From positions 154 to 64,153 of the forward strand of contig DATKND010000056.1 of NCBI GenBank assembly GCA_035541475.1: a stretch of DNA of 64,000 nt, given 5' to 3'. Positions 7,900 to 17,378 of the stretch are shown piece after piece. Source of the DNA: Myxococcota bacterium (GTDB lineage Bacteria; Myxococcota_A; UBA9160; SMWR01). The notes below the pieces were generated by a model. That model worked only from the letters and a program-made list of their open reading frames with translations, ran no database searches and had not been told where the DNA came from. Each line of letters begins with the position of its first letter. Within the stretch, counting starts at the first letter, position 1. The position numbers and the translations under genes were made by a program.

Positions 7900-10304
7900 C
7901 GGGTCGCGCCCTCGACGACCTGGCGCAGCCAGGGGCCGATGTCCGGGTGGTCGAGCAACCCGGCGGCGCGCAGGCGCGCCGCGCCGATCGCGTGCACTTC
8001 GTCGGCGCTCCCCGCCGCGCGGGCCGCGCGCGCGTCGGCCTCGGCGTCGCCGTAGTCGAGCCCGTGCACGATCTCCTTCACGACCGGCACCGCCGCGGGC
8101 GCGCTCGAGAGCTCCTGGATGCCGAGGCCGATCAGGATCGGCACGGCGATCGGGTTGCTCGCGAGCTCGCCGCAGAGCGACACCGGGATGCCGGCGCGCG
8201 CCGCCGCGCGCACGCTGCGCTCGATCAGGGTCAGCACGGCCGGATGCAGCGGATCGTAGAGGTGCGCGACCCGCTCGTTGCCGCGGTCGACCGCGAGCGT
8301 GTACTGCGTGAGGTCGTTCGTTCCGATGCTGAAGAAGTCGCACTCGCGCGCGAGCACGTCGGCCGTCAGCGCGGCCGCAGGGACCTCGATCATGACGCCG
8401 ACGGGGATCCCGTCGTCGAAGGGCGTCCCGGCCGCGCGCAGCTCGGACTTCGCCTCCTCGATCAGCTCGCGCGCGCGGCGCAGCTCCTCGACCGAGCTGA
8501 TCATCGGCAGCAGCAGGCGCACGTTGCCCTTCGCGCTCGCCCGCAGCACGGCGCGTAGCTGCGCGCGGAAGGCGTCGAGGTGGAGCAACGAGAGCCGGAT
8601 CGAGCGACAGCCGAGCTGCGGATTCTCCTCGGGCTCGGTGCCGAGGCTCGGCATCTCCTTGTCGCCGCCGAGATCGAGCGTGCGGAAGGTCACGGGGCGC
8701 GGCGCCAGGAAGCCGGCGACGCGCTCGTAGAGCTGCTCCTGCTCCTCCTCTTCCGGGAAGCCGCGGTGCGCGAACGCGAGCATCTCCGTGCGGAAGAGCC
8801 CGATGCCGTCGGCGCCGTGCTGCTCGACGAGCTTCAGGTCGCCGACGAGCCCGCAGTTCGCCGACAGCGCGATGCGTCGTCCGTCGCGGGTCTCGGCCGG
8901 GCGGTCGCGCAGCGCGTCGAGGTGCGAGGTGGCGATCTCGAGGCGCTGGCGCGCGCGCTCGTACTCGGCGATCAGGCGCTCGTCCGGCCCGAGGAAGACG
9001 GTGCCTTCGCCGCCGTCGACGATCGCGGTCTCGCCCGGCTGCACCGTCGCGAGCAGCCTCGCCACGCCCGTCACGGCCGGGATCTCGAGCGTGCGCGCGA
9101 GGATCGCGCCGTGCGAGGTGGGGCCGCCGTGCTCGGACACGATCGCCGCCACCTTGTCGAGATCGAGCCGCGCGAAGTGGCTCGGCAGGATGTTGTCGGT
9201 GACGACGATCGCGCCGTCCTCGAGCGCGGTCGCGTGGTCTCGCTCGCCGAGGAGCTGCTCCATCACGCGGCGCCCGACGTCCTCGACGTCGGCCATGCGG
9301 TCGCGGAAGTAGGGGTCCTCGATGCGGGCGAAGGTGCGGCGGTAGGCGTCGAGCACGTTGCGGAGTGCCACGTGCGCGCTGCCGGTCTCACGCACCTCGT
9401 CGCGCAGCTTCGCGACGAAGCCCTTGTCCTCGAGGATCTGGATGTGCGTGTGGAAGACGGCGGAGAAGTCGGGGCCGAACTGGTCGCCGACCTCTTCCCG
9501 CGTCGCGTCGAGCGCGCGGCGCGCGTCGTGGATCGCGCGCATCAGGTCCTGCTCCTCGCGAGCGCGGTCGGCGCTCGGCCGGTAGTCGAGCGCGGCGAGG
9601 TCGAGCGGGTTCTCGAGCCGGTGTACGCGCCCGATCGCGATGCCGCGCGACGTGCCGAGTCCGCGCAGCGCGATCGAGCGCTGGGCGCGCGTCGGCTGCC
9701 CGCTCACGCGGATCCCGTGCAGCGCGAGCTCGGCGGCGCTGCGCGCGGCGTCCTCCTCGGTCTCGCCGACCAGCGACAGCAGCCGCGCGTTGATCACGAC
9801 CGGCGCGATCAGCTGCGCGCAGGTCTGGAACGTCGTGACCTCGTGCGCGTCGAAGAGCCGCGGCTCGCGCGTCTGCACGACCAGCACGCCGATCGTCACC
9901 CCGCGCACGATCAGCGGCGCGGCCATCAGCGAGGAGAAGCGCTCCTCGCCGGTCTCCGGGAAGTATTTGTAGCGGGGATGGCTCTCGGCTCTCTCCACCA
10001 CGACGGGCGCGCGCTGCTCGGCGGCGAGTCCGACGAGGCCCTCGCCGACGGGGAGCTGTACGCGCCCCACGGCCTCGCGGTACAGGCCGATCGTGGCCGA
10101 GAGCGTGAGCCGCGTGAGATCGGCTTCGACCAGGTAGACCGAACACACATCGGCGTCGAGGCGCTTGGCGACGAGCTCGACCACATTCTGCAGCGTCTCG
10201 TCGAGATCGTGCGAGCGCGCGACGACCTCGGCGACGTCGGCAAGGAGGCTGACCCGATCCGAAATGGTCGGTTCTCCGGTGTCGCGATCCGGTACGAGCC
10301 GCAA
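7896..10304 (-). CDS. ptsP: phosphoenolpyruvate-protein phosphotransferase PtsP (EI-Ntr, GAF + Enzyme I)
   Basis: 802 aa. N-terminal GAF domain, phosphohistidine region GGPTSHGAILARTLEIPAV, C-terminal PEP-utilising TIM barrel (FFSIGTNDLTQY). TTG start, uncertain. Confidence 0.93.
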   Translation of the reverse strand: MRLVPDRDTGEPTISDRVSLLADVAEVVARSHDLDETLQNVVELVAKRLDADVCSVYLVEADLTRLTLSATIGLYREAVGRVQLPVGEGLVGLAAEQRAPVVVERAESHPRYKYFPETGEERFSSLMAAPLIVRGVTIGVLVVQTREPRLFDAHEVTTFQTCAQLIAPVVINARLLSLVGETEEDAARSAAELALHGIRVSGQPTRAQRSIALRGLGTSRGIAIGRVHRLENPLDLAALDYRPSADRAREEQDLMRAIHDARRALDATREEVGDQFGPDFSAVFHTHIQILEDKGFVAKLRDEVRETGSAHVALRNVLDAYRRTFARIEDPYFRDRMADVEDVGRRVMEQLLGERDHATALEDGAIVVTDNILPSHFARLDLDKVAAIVSEHGGPTSHGAILARTLEIPAVTGVARLLATVQPGETAIVDGGEGTVFLGPDERLIAEYERARQRLEIATSHLDALRDRPAETRDGRRIALSANCGLVGDLKLVEQHGADGIGLFRTEMLAFAHRGFPEEEEQEQLYERVAGFLAPRPVTFRTLDLGGDKEMPSLGTEPEENPQLGCRSIRLSLLHLDAFRAQLRAVLRASAKGNVRLLLPMISSVEELRRARELIEEAKSELRAAGTPFDDGIPVGVMIEVPAAALTADVLARECDFFSIGTNDLTQYTLAVDRGNERVAHLYDPLHPAVLTLIERSVRAAARAGIPVSLCGELASNPIAVPILIGLGIQELSSAPAAVPVVKEIVHGLDYGDAEADARAARAAGSADEVHAIGAARLRAAGLLDHPDIGPWLRQVVEGATR

Positions 10305-10366
10305 GACCGGCCGAGCAGCGCGTTAGGCGGTCGCGGAACGCGCCGAATGTAACGAATCGCCGCCCG

Positions 10367-10385
10367 CGCTCTCCGTCGGAGAGCG
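10367..10385 (-). terminator. 8-bp stem / 3-nt loop hairpin after the XRE gene
   Basis: CGCTCTCC-GTC-GGAGAGCG read directly, beginning 11 nt downstream of the XRE stop (10396-10398) on the minus strand. No U-tract, as expected in high-GC DNA. Confidence 0.35.
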
Positions 10386-10395
10386 AGCGCGTGGA

Positions 10396-10665
10396 TCAGA
10401 ACACCGGCGACTGCTCGCCGCCGTGCATCGGCTCGAGGGCCGTCGTCGGCGGGAACACGTGATCCTTGTCTTCGAAGCGCATGCCGAGCGCGAGCAGGAT
10501 CTTGCGCTTCGTATCCATGCGGCAGTTCATGCCCTTCTCGACGCTGTGGATCGTGCGCAGAGCGACCTTGGCCTTCCGCGCGAGTTGTGCCTGGGTCATG
10601 AGTCGGTTCTCGCGCAGCTCGCGCACGCGATTCCGGCGAATCGAGGTCGATCGATTATGATCCAT
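10396..10665 (-). CDS. XRE-family helix-turn-helix transcriptional regulator (89 aa)
   Basis: Internal ATG at 10665 gives MDHNRSTSIRRNRVRELRENRLMTQAQLARKAKVALRTIHSVEKGMN..., a Cro/C1-type HTH. The upstream 91 codons of the track ORF are non-protein-like. Confidence 0.75.
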   Translation of the reverse strand: MDHNRSTSIRRNRVRELRENRLMTQAQLARKAKVALRTIHSVEKGMNCRMDTKRKILLALGMRFEDKDHVFPPTTALEPMHGGEQSPVF

Positions 10666-10823
10666 TCCGTCGCACTCCCTGAACCACGCCAGACGCCGCC
10701 ATGCGGCACCCCTCGGCTTGGAGTGCCGTTTCGACCGCAGGCGGGATTTCTTTAGGGAAAATGAGAGCTTGGCGGCGTGACGGGGGGAGTGAGCCCCGAG
10801 GCAGGAACCGCTGCGGGGACCCG

Positions 10824-10859
10824 CACATCGCCCCCACGGGTGCGCGTGTGGGCGATGTG
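10824..10859. repeat. 10-bp perfect inverted repeat CACATCGCCC-N16-GGGCGATGTG in a divergent intergenic region
   Basis: Read directly. The loop contains a further CACG/CGTG pair. Located 72 nt upstream of the asmA-like start and 159 nt upstream of the XRE start. Confidence 0.5.
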
Positions 10860-10930
10860 AATGAACCCAAGGTAGGGATCGCCGATCCGCAGCGTGCGGT
10901 TGGAGCGCGCTCCCCGCAGGATTCCCAACC

Positions 10931-13807
10931 TTGAGCAACGGCTCGGGCGAGAAGGCGTCGGGGTCGCGCGGCCTGCGCAGGCTGCTGGTGCTGGTCCTGG
11001 TGCTGGGACTGCTGGGGGGTCTGGGTGTCGCCGCCTACCAGGCGACCCGAGCCCTCGCGCCCGATCAGCTGCGCGCGGAAGTGGAGGCACTGCTCGCGCG
11101 GGCCACCCACGGGCCGGTCGAGATCATGGACCTGCGCCCGATCTGGAAGATGCCACCCGGGCTCGAGGCAGACGGGCTGTGGCTCTACGACGGCGCCCTC
11201 ACCGTCGAGCACGCGCGCGCCCGACTCGACCCGGTCTCGCTGCTGTTGGGACGTCCGCACCTGACGCGCCTCGATCTCGACGGCGCGGAGCTGCGCTTCA
11301 CCCAGGACAAGGACGAGAGCTGGAAGCCGGATTTCGGCGACCGCGACGAGCCGCCGCCTGTCAGCGAGGCCTCGCTCGCGCCGATGCGCGTCGCGTCGGG
11401 GGTGGCGCGCTTCCTGCTCACGCGGCCGGAGCTCGCGGACGACGTCGTCGTCGCGAATGGCCGGCTCTCCTTCAAGGGATCGGGGCCGCATGCGGCGTCG
11501 ATCCAGCTCGTCGATCTCGCCGGCGAGCTCGCGCACAGCCGCCTGCTCGGAAAGGCGAGCCTCGATCTCCAGGCGCGCTGGGTCGAAGGTCGCTCGGAGC
11601 GAGGCGTGCTCGCGTGGAAGGGCAGCCGCAGCCTCGGGGGTCGCATCGACCTGACCCTCAGCGCGAGCGGCCTCGAGCTCTCGGCGCTCCAGCAGGAGCT
11701 CCGCGCGCTCGTGCCGGAGCTGACTTTGCGCGGACGCCTCGACGGAGTCGCTCAGTTCGAGGGCATCGCGCCGGGCAACGATCGCTACGCCCTGTCGCTC
11801 ACGGCCAGGGAGCTCGAGGCGCGCGCCGGCGCCAGCGCCGACGCGACCTGGCTGCGCGTTCCGAACCTCACGGCAGACGCGCGCCTCGCCCTCGATTCGA
11901 AGCGGCTGACCTTGTCCGACGGCCACGTCGGGGCCGGCGAGTGGAAACTCTCCCTCGATGGCGAAATGGGCCGCCCCTTCGGGCCAGCCTCGCAGACGCG
12001 AGGCCGCATCGCGGTCGAGAACCTCTCGCTCGATCCCGAGGCCGCGCAGTCGCTGGTCGGCTGGCTGCCGGCGTCGGTGCGCGAGTCCGCGCGCGATGTG
12101 GTCGGCCGCGTGCGCGAGGGGCGCCTCGTTCGCGGCGAGCTCTCGGCGGACGCCCCGCTCGAGCAGTGGAGCCGCGCACTCGCGGGAAAGCTCGATGCCA
12201 TGCTGCCCGCGCTCACGCTCTCCGCGGACCTCGACGGCGTGCGCGTCGCGCTCCAGCCGACGCGCGAGCTCTCGCAGCTCTCGGGCGGGCTCAGCTGGAG
12301 CGACGGCGTGCTCGAGGTGGAGAAGGCGCGCGCGCTGCTCGACGGCCAGCCGCTGCCCACGCTCGATGTGCGCTTCCGTGGGCTGGCGCGCGTGCTCGCC
12401 TCGGCCGAGTCGGAGCGTGCCATGGGCGCGTCCGCCGTGTCTCTTCCGGGTGTCACACCGCTCCACGCGGTCTTCCAGTCGGCGCCGGACGAAACCTCGC
12501 CGCCGCCGCCCATCATCACGCTCGACCTCGACCGCTTCCAGCACCCGACCCTGCTCTGGCCTCTGCGCCAGGTGCACGCAGAAGTGTCGCCGCGCGCGGA
12601 CGGGCTCTTCGTGGCGATCCGCAGCGCGCGCTGGGCGGGTGTTCCGATCGAGGGCGAGATCGATTGGACGCTCGAGCCCGAGCGCCGCCTCGCCGTGCGC
12701 CTCGAGGCGCCCGAGGCGACTCCGGCGCCGGCGCCTGCATCGACCCCGGATGAGCCGGCGCAGCTCGCGGGATCGCCCGCGCCTCCCGAGCCCGCCGGCG
12801 CCGACGATGGCGCCTGGGCCACCGGACACATTACGATCGGCGCGACACAAGGCAGTTTCCGACAGCGCACCACCATGGCGCGCTTGCGCGCGATCGGCGC
12901 GAGGGTGAGCTTCGACGACGTCCACTGCGCGCTCGACCCGAGCGGCGAGATCACGGGCTCGCTCGAGCTCGACCTCTCGCGCAGCGACGCGGTGCCCTAC
13001 TCGCTCGACGCGAAGCTCGAATCCGGCGACCTCGCGGCGCTGCTCGCGCAGCGCGGCGTGAAGGGCGAGCCGATGTCCGGAACGCTCGAGATCCTCGGCC
13101 CGCTCTCCGGCACGCTCGTGCCGGGTCAGCCGCTGCTCCACGACGCGAACGGCGCGCTCGGCTTCAGCTTGCGCGACGGCACGATCCCGAAGACGGTGCC
13201 GCCGGTCCTTGCGCTCGCGCTCGCGAGCGACTCGCTCAACCCGTTCTCGTCGCGCGATCGGATCCGCTACGACCACATCGACGCGGATCTCCACTTTGCG
13301 AACGGCACGGTCTCGACGCAGGCGCTCGATGTCGACGGCCCCGACCTGCGGCTGTTCGCGGCGGGCGAGATCGGTCTCGCCGAGACGCCGAATCCGCTGC
13401 GCGCGGAGCTCGCTCTCTTCCTGTTCCGACAGCTCGACTGGGCGCTCGTCAAGATCCCGATCCTGAACGAGCTGCTGCTCGGCGAGAACAAGAACCTGGT
13501 TGCGGCCTACTTCAAGATCGTGGGAACCTGGCAGGACCCGGTCGCGCACGCGCAGCCGCTGCTCACCATGAAGGACACCGCCGGAGGCGACATTCTCGAG
13601 GGGATCCCGCGCGTGGTGGTCCAGGGCGTGAAGGCGATCGGCGGGCTGCTGGCGCCGGCCGCGCGCCCGCCCGCGCAGAGTGCGCCCGCTCCGACACCGG
13701 GCGGATCCTCCGCGCAGACCGCGCCCGCGCCGACCGCCGAGCCTTCCGCGCAGGGCGCGCCGCCTCCGACGCCGCCCCGCGCGGGCGAGGCGCCGGCGGG
13801 CTCGTGA
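10931..13807 (+). CDS. AsmA-family protein (large envelope protein)
   Basis: 958 aa. N-terminal TM anchor ([22 protein letters not shown]), AsmA-like N- and C-terminal regions (...[33 protein letters not shown]...), Pro/Ala-rich tail. TTG start. Confidence 0.75.
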   Translation: MSNGSGEKASGSRGLRRLLVLVLVLGLLGGLGVAAYQATRALAPDQLRAEVEALLARATHGPVEIMDLRPIWKMPPGLEADGLWLYDGALTVEHARARLDPVSLLLGRPHLTRLDLDGAELRFTQDKDESWKPDFGDRDEPPPVSEASLAPMRVASGVARFLLTRPELADDVVVANGRLSFKGSGPHAASIQLVDLAGELAHSRLLGKASLDLQARWVEGRSERGVLAWKGSRSLGGRIDLTLSASGLELSALQQELRALVPELTLRGRLDGVAQFEGIAPGNDRYALSLTARELEARAGASADATWLRVPNLTADARLALDSKRLTLSDGHVGAGEWKLSLDGEMGRPFGPASQTRGRIAVENLSLDPEAAQSLVGWLPASVRESARDVVGRVREGRLVRGELSADAPLEQWSRALAGKLDAMLPALTLSADLDGVRVALQPTRELSQLSGGLSWSDGVLEVEKARALLDGQPLPTLDVRFRGLARVLASAESERAMGASAVSLPGVTPLHAVFQSAPDETSPPPPIITLDLDRFQHPTLLWPLRQVHAEVSPRADGLFVAIRSARWAGVPIEGEIDWTLEPERRLAVRLEAPEATPAPAPASTPDEPAQLAGSPAPPEPAGADDGAWATGHITIGATQGSFRQRTTMARLRAIGARVSFDDVHCALDPSGEITGSLELDLSRSDAVPYSLDAKLESGDLAALLAQRGVKGEPMSGTLEILGPLSGTLVPGQPLLHDANGALGFSLRDGTIPKTVPPVLALALASDSLNPFSSRDRIRYDHIDADLHFANGTVSTQALDVDGPDLRLFAAGEIGLAETPNPLRAELALFLFRQLDWALVKIPILNELLLGENKNLVAAYFKIVGTWQDPVAHAQPLLTMKDTAGGDILEGIPRVVVQGVKAIGGLLAPAARPPAQSAPAPTPGGSSAQTAPAPTAEPSAQGAPPPTPPRAGEAPAGS

Positions 13808-14298
13808 CGGCGCGACCGCGCAGCGCGCGCGGCAAGCTGCTCTCGCGCCGCACCGCGCGCGCGGCGCTGCAGCAGGCCCGGCGGCGCGGCGAGCGCGTCG
13901 TCTTTACCAACGGCTGCTTCGATCTCCTCCACGTCGGTCACGTGCGCAGCCTCGAGCGCGCGCGCCGCTGCGGGGATCGGCTGATCGTCGCGGTCAACGG
14001 CGACGCCTCCGTGCGGCGCCTGAAGGGACGCGGCCGCCCGATCGTGCCGGCTAGGCGGCGCGCCGAGATCGTCGCGGCGCTCGAGTGCGTGGACTGGGTG
14101 GTAGTCTTCGCCGAGAACACGCCCCTCGCACTGATCCGCAGCTTGCGTCCGGACGTGCTCGCGAAGGGCGGCGACTGGCGGCTCGAGGAGATCGTGGGAC
14201 GCGCGGAGGTCGAGAGCTGGGGCGGTCGCGTGGTGCGCATCCCGGTCGTGCCGGGCGCCCGCACGACCGCGCTCGTGGCTCGGATCCGCGGCGCGTGA
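13804..14298 (+). CDS. D-glycero-beta-D-manno-heptose 1-phosphate adenylyltransferase (RfaE domain II, cytidylyltransferase fold)
   Basis: 164 aa with [19 protein letters not shown] (HxGH nucleotidyltransferase motif). GTGA overlap with the asmA-like stop. Confidence 0.85.
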   Translation: MTARPRSARGKLLSRRTARAALQQARRRGERVVFTNGCFDLLHVGHVRSLERARRCGDRLIVAVNGDASVRRLKGRGRPIVPARRRAEIVAALECVDWVVVFAENTPLALIRSLRPDVLAKGGDWRLEEIVGRAEVESWGGRVVRIPVVPGARTTALVARIRGA

Positions 14299-14385
14299 TC
14301 ATGCCGGGCCCTCGCGCTCGCTGTTCGCTCGCGCTCGGGCTACCGGCCTTCGCTCGGCAAGCCTTTGCGATCTCCGCTCGGCTGC

Positions 14386-14422
14386 GCCTCGCTGCGCGCC
14401 GGACGGCTTGCCTCGCTGCGCG
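14386..14422. repeat. 13-nt direct repeat GCCTCGCTGCGCG x2 (14386-14398, 14410-14422) in the rfaE-moxR spacer
   Basis: Read directly, with 24-nt periodicity. Part of a 155-nt non-coding spacer rich in CGCTCG units. Confidence 0.5.
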
Positions 14423-14424
14423 TC

Positions 14425-14444
14425 GGCCGACCTGTGGGTCGGCC
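14425..14444 (+). promoter_or_regulatory. 8-bp perfect hairpin GGCCGACC-TGTG-GGTCGGCC 10 nt upstream of the moxR start
   Basis: Read directly. It ends 9 nt before the ATG at 14454, so it would occlude or abut the ribosome-binding region. Could equally be the rfaE terminator. Confidence 0.35.
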
Positions 14445-14453
14445 TCCTAGCCG

Positions 14454-15455
14454 ATGGAGCCGGTCCGCACGCTTCCGGCGAGCGCTCCCGGTCGGACGCT
14501 CCAGCGGCTCGCCGACGAGATCGGCCGCGTCGTCGTCGGACAGCGCGCGCTGGTCGAAGGCCTGCTCGTCGCGCTCCTCTCGAGCGGGCATGCGCTCGTC
14601 GAAGGCGTTCCCGGCCTCGCCAAGACCACCGCGATCCGCACGCTCGCGCACGCGCTCGGACTCGGCTTCGGGCGCATCCAGTTCACGCCGGACCTGCTGC
14701 CGGGCGATCTGCTCGGGACGCCCGTCTACGAGGCCGCGCGCGGGGCCTTCGTGGTGCGGCGCGGTCCGATCTTCGCGCCGGTGCTGCTCGCCGACGAAAT
14801 CAACCGCGCGCCGGCCAAGGTGCAGTCGGCGCTGCTCGAGGCGATGGAGGAGCGGCAGGTCTCGATCGGCGACGAGACGCACCCGCTGCCCGAACCCTTC
14901 TTCGTGATGGCCACACAGAATCCGGTCGAGCTCGAGGGAACCTATCCGCTGCCCGAGGCGCAGATCGATCGCTTCCTGGTGAAGCTGCAGGTCCCGTATC
15001 CCGAGAGCGACGAGGAGCGCGACATCGTGCTGCGCGATGCCGAGGGCCCGGTGCATGTGGCGCAGGTGGCCGACGCGGCGGAGCTCGCGGGCCTGCGGCG
15101 CGCCGCGGCGTCCGTGCACGTGGCGCCCGCGCTCGTCGACTACGCGGTGCGGCTCGCGCGCGCGACCCGGGATCCGGCGGCCGCTGGCGCGCGCATCGCC
15201 GACGCCTCGGGCGCGCCCGCGCCCGCGCACTGCGTCGCACTCGGCGCGTCGCCGCGCGGCTCGATCTACCTGGTGCGAGCCGCGCGCGCCCGAGCGCTGC
15301 TCGACGGACGCGACTACGTGACGCCGCACGACATGAAGCGGGTCGCACCCGACGTGCTGCGACACCGCGTGGTGACGAGCTACGAGGCGGAGGCCGCCGG
15401 CATCACGGCCGAAGGCGTGGTGCGCGCCGTACTGGCGGCGGTCGAGACCGCGTAG
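14454..15455 (+). CDS. MoxR-family AAA+ ATPase
   Basis: 333 aa. Walker A GVPGLAKT, Walker B LLADEINRA, typical MoxR length. First gene of the Bat-type operon. Confidence 0.93.
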   Translation: MEPVRTLPASAPGRTLQRLADEIGRVVVGQRALVEGLLVALLSSGHALVEGVPGLAKTTAIRTLAHALGLGFGRIQFTPDLLPGDLLGTPVYEAARGAFVVRRGPIFAPVLLADEINRAPAKVQSALLEAMEERQVSIGDETHPLPEPFFVMATQNPVELEGTYPLPEAQIDRFLVKLQVPYPESDEERDIVLRDAEGPVHVAQVADAAELAGLRRAAASVHVAPALVDYAVRLARATRDPAAAGARIADASGAPAPAHCVALGASPRGSIYLVRAARARALLDGRDYVTPHDMKRVAPDVLRHRVVTSYEAEAAGITAEGVVRAVLAAVETA

Positions 15456-15462
15456 GCCTGCG

Positions 15463-16416
15463 GTGCCTCGTGCCGCCCGCGCCGAGCCGCCGCGCAGCGA
15501 AGACCTCGCCCGCGCGGCCCGGCTGTTGGTGGTGCGGAGCCGGCGAGAAGCGACGGGCCTGTTCGCGGGCAACTACGCGAGCGCCTTCCGCGGCGGCGGT
15601 CTCGAGTTCGAGGAGTCGCGACCCTACGTGCCAGGCGACGACGTGCGCACGATCGACTGGAACGCGACCGCCCGTCACGGCGAGACCTACGTGAAGCGCT
15701 TCCGCGAGGAGCGCGACCAGACGCTGCTCTTCGCCTTCGACTGCTCGGCCTCGATGCGCTCCGGAAGCGGCAGCTCCTCGCGCGCCGGCACCGCCGCGCA
15801 CGCGCTCGCGCTGCTGGCCGCGTCGGCGGGCCGGGCCGGCGATCGCGTCGGCCTCGTCGCCTTCGACGACCGGGTGCGCGCGTGGATCCCGCCCGCGCGC
15901 GGTGTCGCGCACGGACGCCGCGTGGTGGAGACCGCGCTCGCCTGTGCCGCGGCGGCGCGCGGCGGTACGCAGATCGGCGCCGGGCTGCGCGCGCTGCGGC
16001 CCGAGGCGCGCCGGAGCTGCGTGCTGGTGCTGCTGTCGGACTTCCGCGACGAGCGGCTGCTCCCGGACTCCGGGAGCCCCGCGGCGCTGCGCGCGCTGAT
16101 GGCGGAGCAAGGCCCTCGCCACGACCTCGTCGCGGGCGCCGTGCTCGACCCGACCGAGCTCGCGCTGCAAGCCGTGGGCTCCGTCCGGATGGCGGACCCC
16201 GAGCGCCCCGGCGCCACCTGGATCCTCGACACTGGAAGGCGACGCGTGCGCGAGGCCTGGCTCGCGGCCTGCGCGGCGCGGCGCGAGCGCGTCGCCGCGG
16301 CCCTGCGCCGCGCCGGCGGGGACCTCTTCTGGCTGCGCACCGACCGGAGCCCGCTCCACGCTCTCGGCCGCTTCTTCCAGGAGCGCGCGGCGAGGCGCCA
16401 GCGCGTGTCGCGATGA
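15463..16416 (+). CDS. DUF58 domain protein (vWA-like partner of MoxR)
   Basis: 317 aa with the hallmark YVPGDDVRTIDWNATAR. Confidence 0.9.
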   Translation: MPRAARAEPPRSEDLARAARLLVVRSRREATGLFAGNYASAFRGGGLEFEESRPYVPGDDVRTIDWNATARHGETYVKRFREERDQTLLFAFDCSASMRSGSGSSSRAGTAAHALALLAASAGRAGDRVGLVAFDDRVRAWIPPARGVAHGRRVVETALACAAAARGGTQIGAGLRALRPEARRSCVLVLLSDFRDERLLPDSGSPAALRALMAEQGPRHDLVAGAVLDPTELALQAVGSVRMADPERPGATWILDTGRRRVREAWLAACAARRERVAAALRRAGGDLFWLRTDRSPLHALGRFFQERAARRQRVSR

Positions 16417-17378
16417 GCGCGCGCAGTCGGCCGCATCTCGCGGGCGCGGCGCTCGCCGCCGCGCTCGCGCTCGCCTGCTCGAAGGAAGCTCCGCGCTACG
16501 GCGCGCCCGCAGAGGAGCGCGCGGCCCTCGTGCTCGAGCCGCCGCAGGTCGCGCTCGGCGACGTGGCGGACGTGCTGCTGTCGGTGGTGACGCGCCCGGG
16601 CGCGCGCATCGCGCCGGTCGACCCGCCGAGCGCGATCCCCGGCTTCTGGTTCGTCGAGCGCGAGGAGCTTCCTGTGCAGAAGGAGCCCGCGCGCTGGATC
16701 CATCGCACGCGCCTCCGCATCCGCGCAGTCGAGGTCGGCCACTTCGAGTTTCCGGGCGGCGAGGTTCACGGCGAGAACGAGGAGGGAGCGGCGCTCGAGG
16801 TCCGCTACGAGCCGCTCGCGCTCGAGGTGCTCTCGAGCCTCTCAGACGGACCCGAGCGACGGACGCCCTTCGGTGTGCGGCGTCTGCCGGCGCCGCCCGT
16901 CGGCGGCGCGAGCGCGGCGGTGGCCTTCGGAGCGGGCGCGGTCGTGGCGCTCGGCGCGGTCGGCGTGGTGTCGCTGGCGAGGCGGCGACTCGCGCTCCGC
17001 CCGGTCGTCGCTCGGCCGACGACCGCTCCGTCCGCGCCCGCCTGGGTGATCGCGACGTCGGCGCTCGCCGACGCGCAGGCGCTCCGCGAGTCCGACCCGC
17101 GCGGCGCCCTCGACGCCGCCGCGCGCGCGCTGCGCCGCTATGCGGAGGCGCGCTTCGGCGCCGACGCTCCCGCGCGCAGCGTCGAGGAGCTGCTCGCCGC
17201 GACGCCGCCCTTCCTGATGACGACGCGCTGGAGCGCGTTCGTGTCGCTGCTCGCATCGCTCGACGCTGCGCGTTTCGCGCCGCGTCCCGACGCGGAGCGC
17301 GCGGCGCACGCCGAGCCGCTGCTGCGCGCGGCGCGCGACTTCGTCGACGAGACGACGCCGCCGGAGTCGCGCCGGTGA
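16413..17378 (+). CDS. membrane protein with BatD-like ectodomain and DUF4381-like C-terminal half
   Basis: ATGA overlap with the DUF58 stop. MSARSRPHLAGAALAAALALAC lipoprotein-type signal, Ig-like ectodomain, TM (AVAFGAGAVVALGAVGVVSL), then a helical tail ending ...LLASLDAARFAP, typical of the protein found between DUF58 and BatA. Only the last 321 codons of the 498-aa track ORF are used. Confidence 0.6.
   Translation: MSARSRPHLAGAALAAALALACSKEAPRYGAPAEERAALVLEPPQVALGDVADVLLSVVTRPGARIAPVDPPSAIPGFWFVEREELPVQKEPARWIHRTRLRIRAVEVGHFEFPGGEVHGENEEGAALEVRYEPLALEVLSSLSDGPERRTPFGVRRLPAPPVGGASAAVAFGAGAVVALGAVGVVSLARRRLALRPVVARPTTAPSAPAWVIATSALADAQALRESDPRGALDAAARALRRYAEARFGADAPARSVEELLAATPPFLMTTRWSAFVSLLASLDAARFAPRPDAERAAHAEPLLRAARDFVDETTPPESRR

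Noticed and set aside
10701-10934. 77-aa plus-strand ORF in the XRE/asmA intergenic region, and other 60-120-aa ORFs in spacers such as 3871-4215 and 6613-6975
   Set aside because: There is no RBS, the GC3 pattern is poor or irregular, and the sequences are Arg/Gly/Pro-rich. The region is better explained as regulatory DNA containing the inverted repeat.
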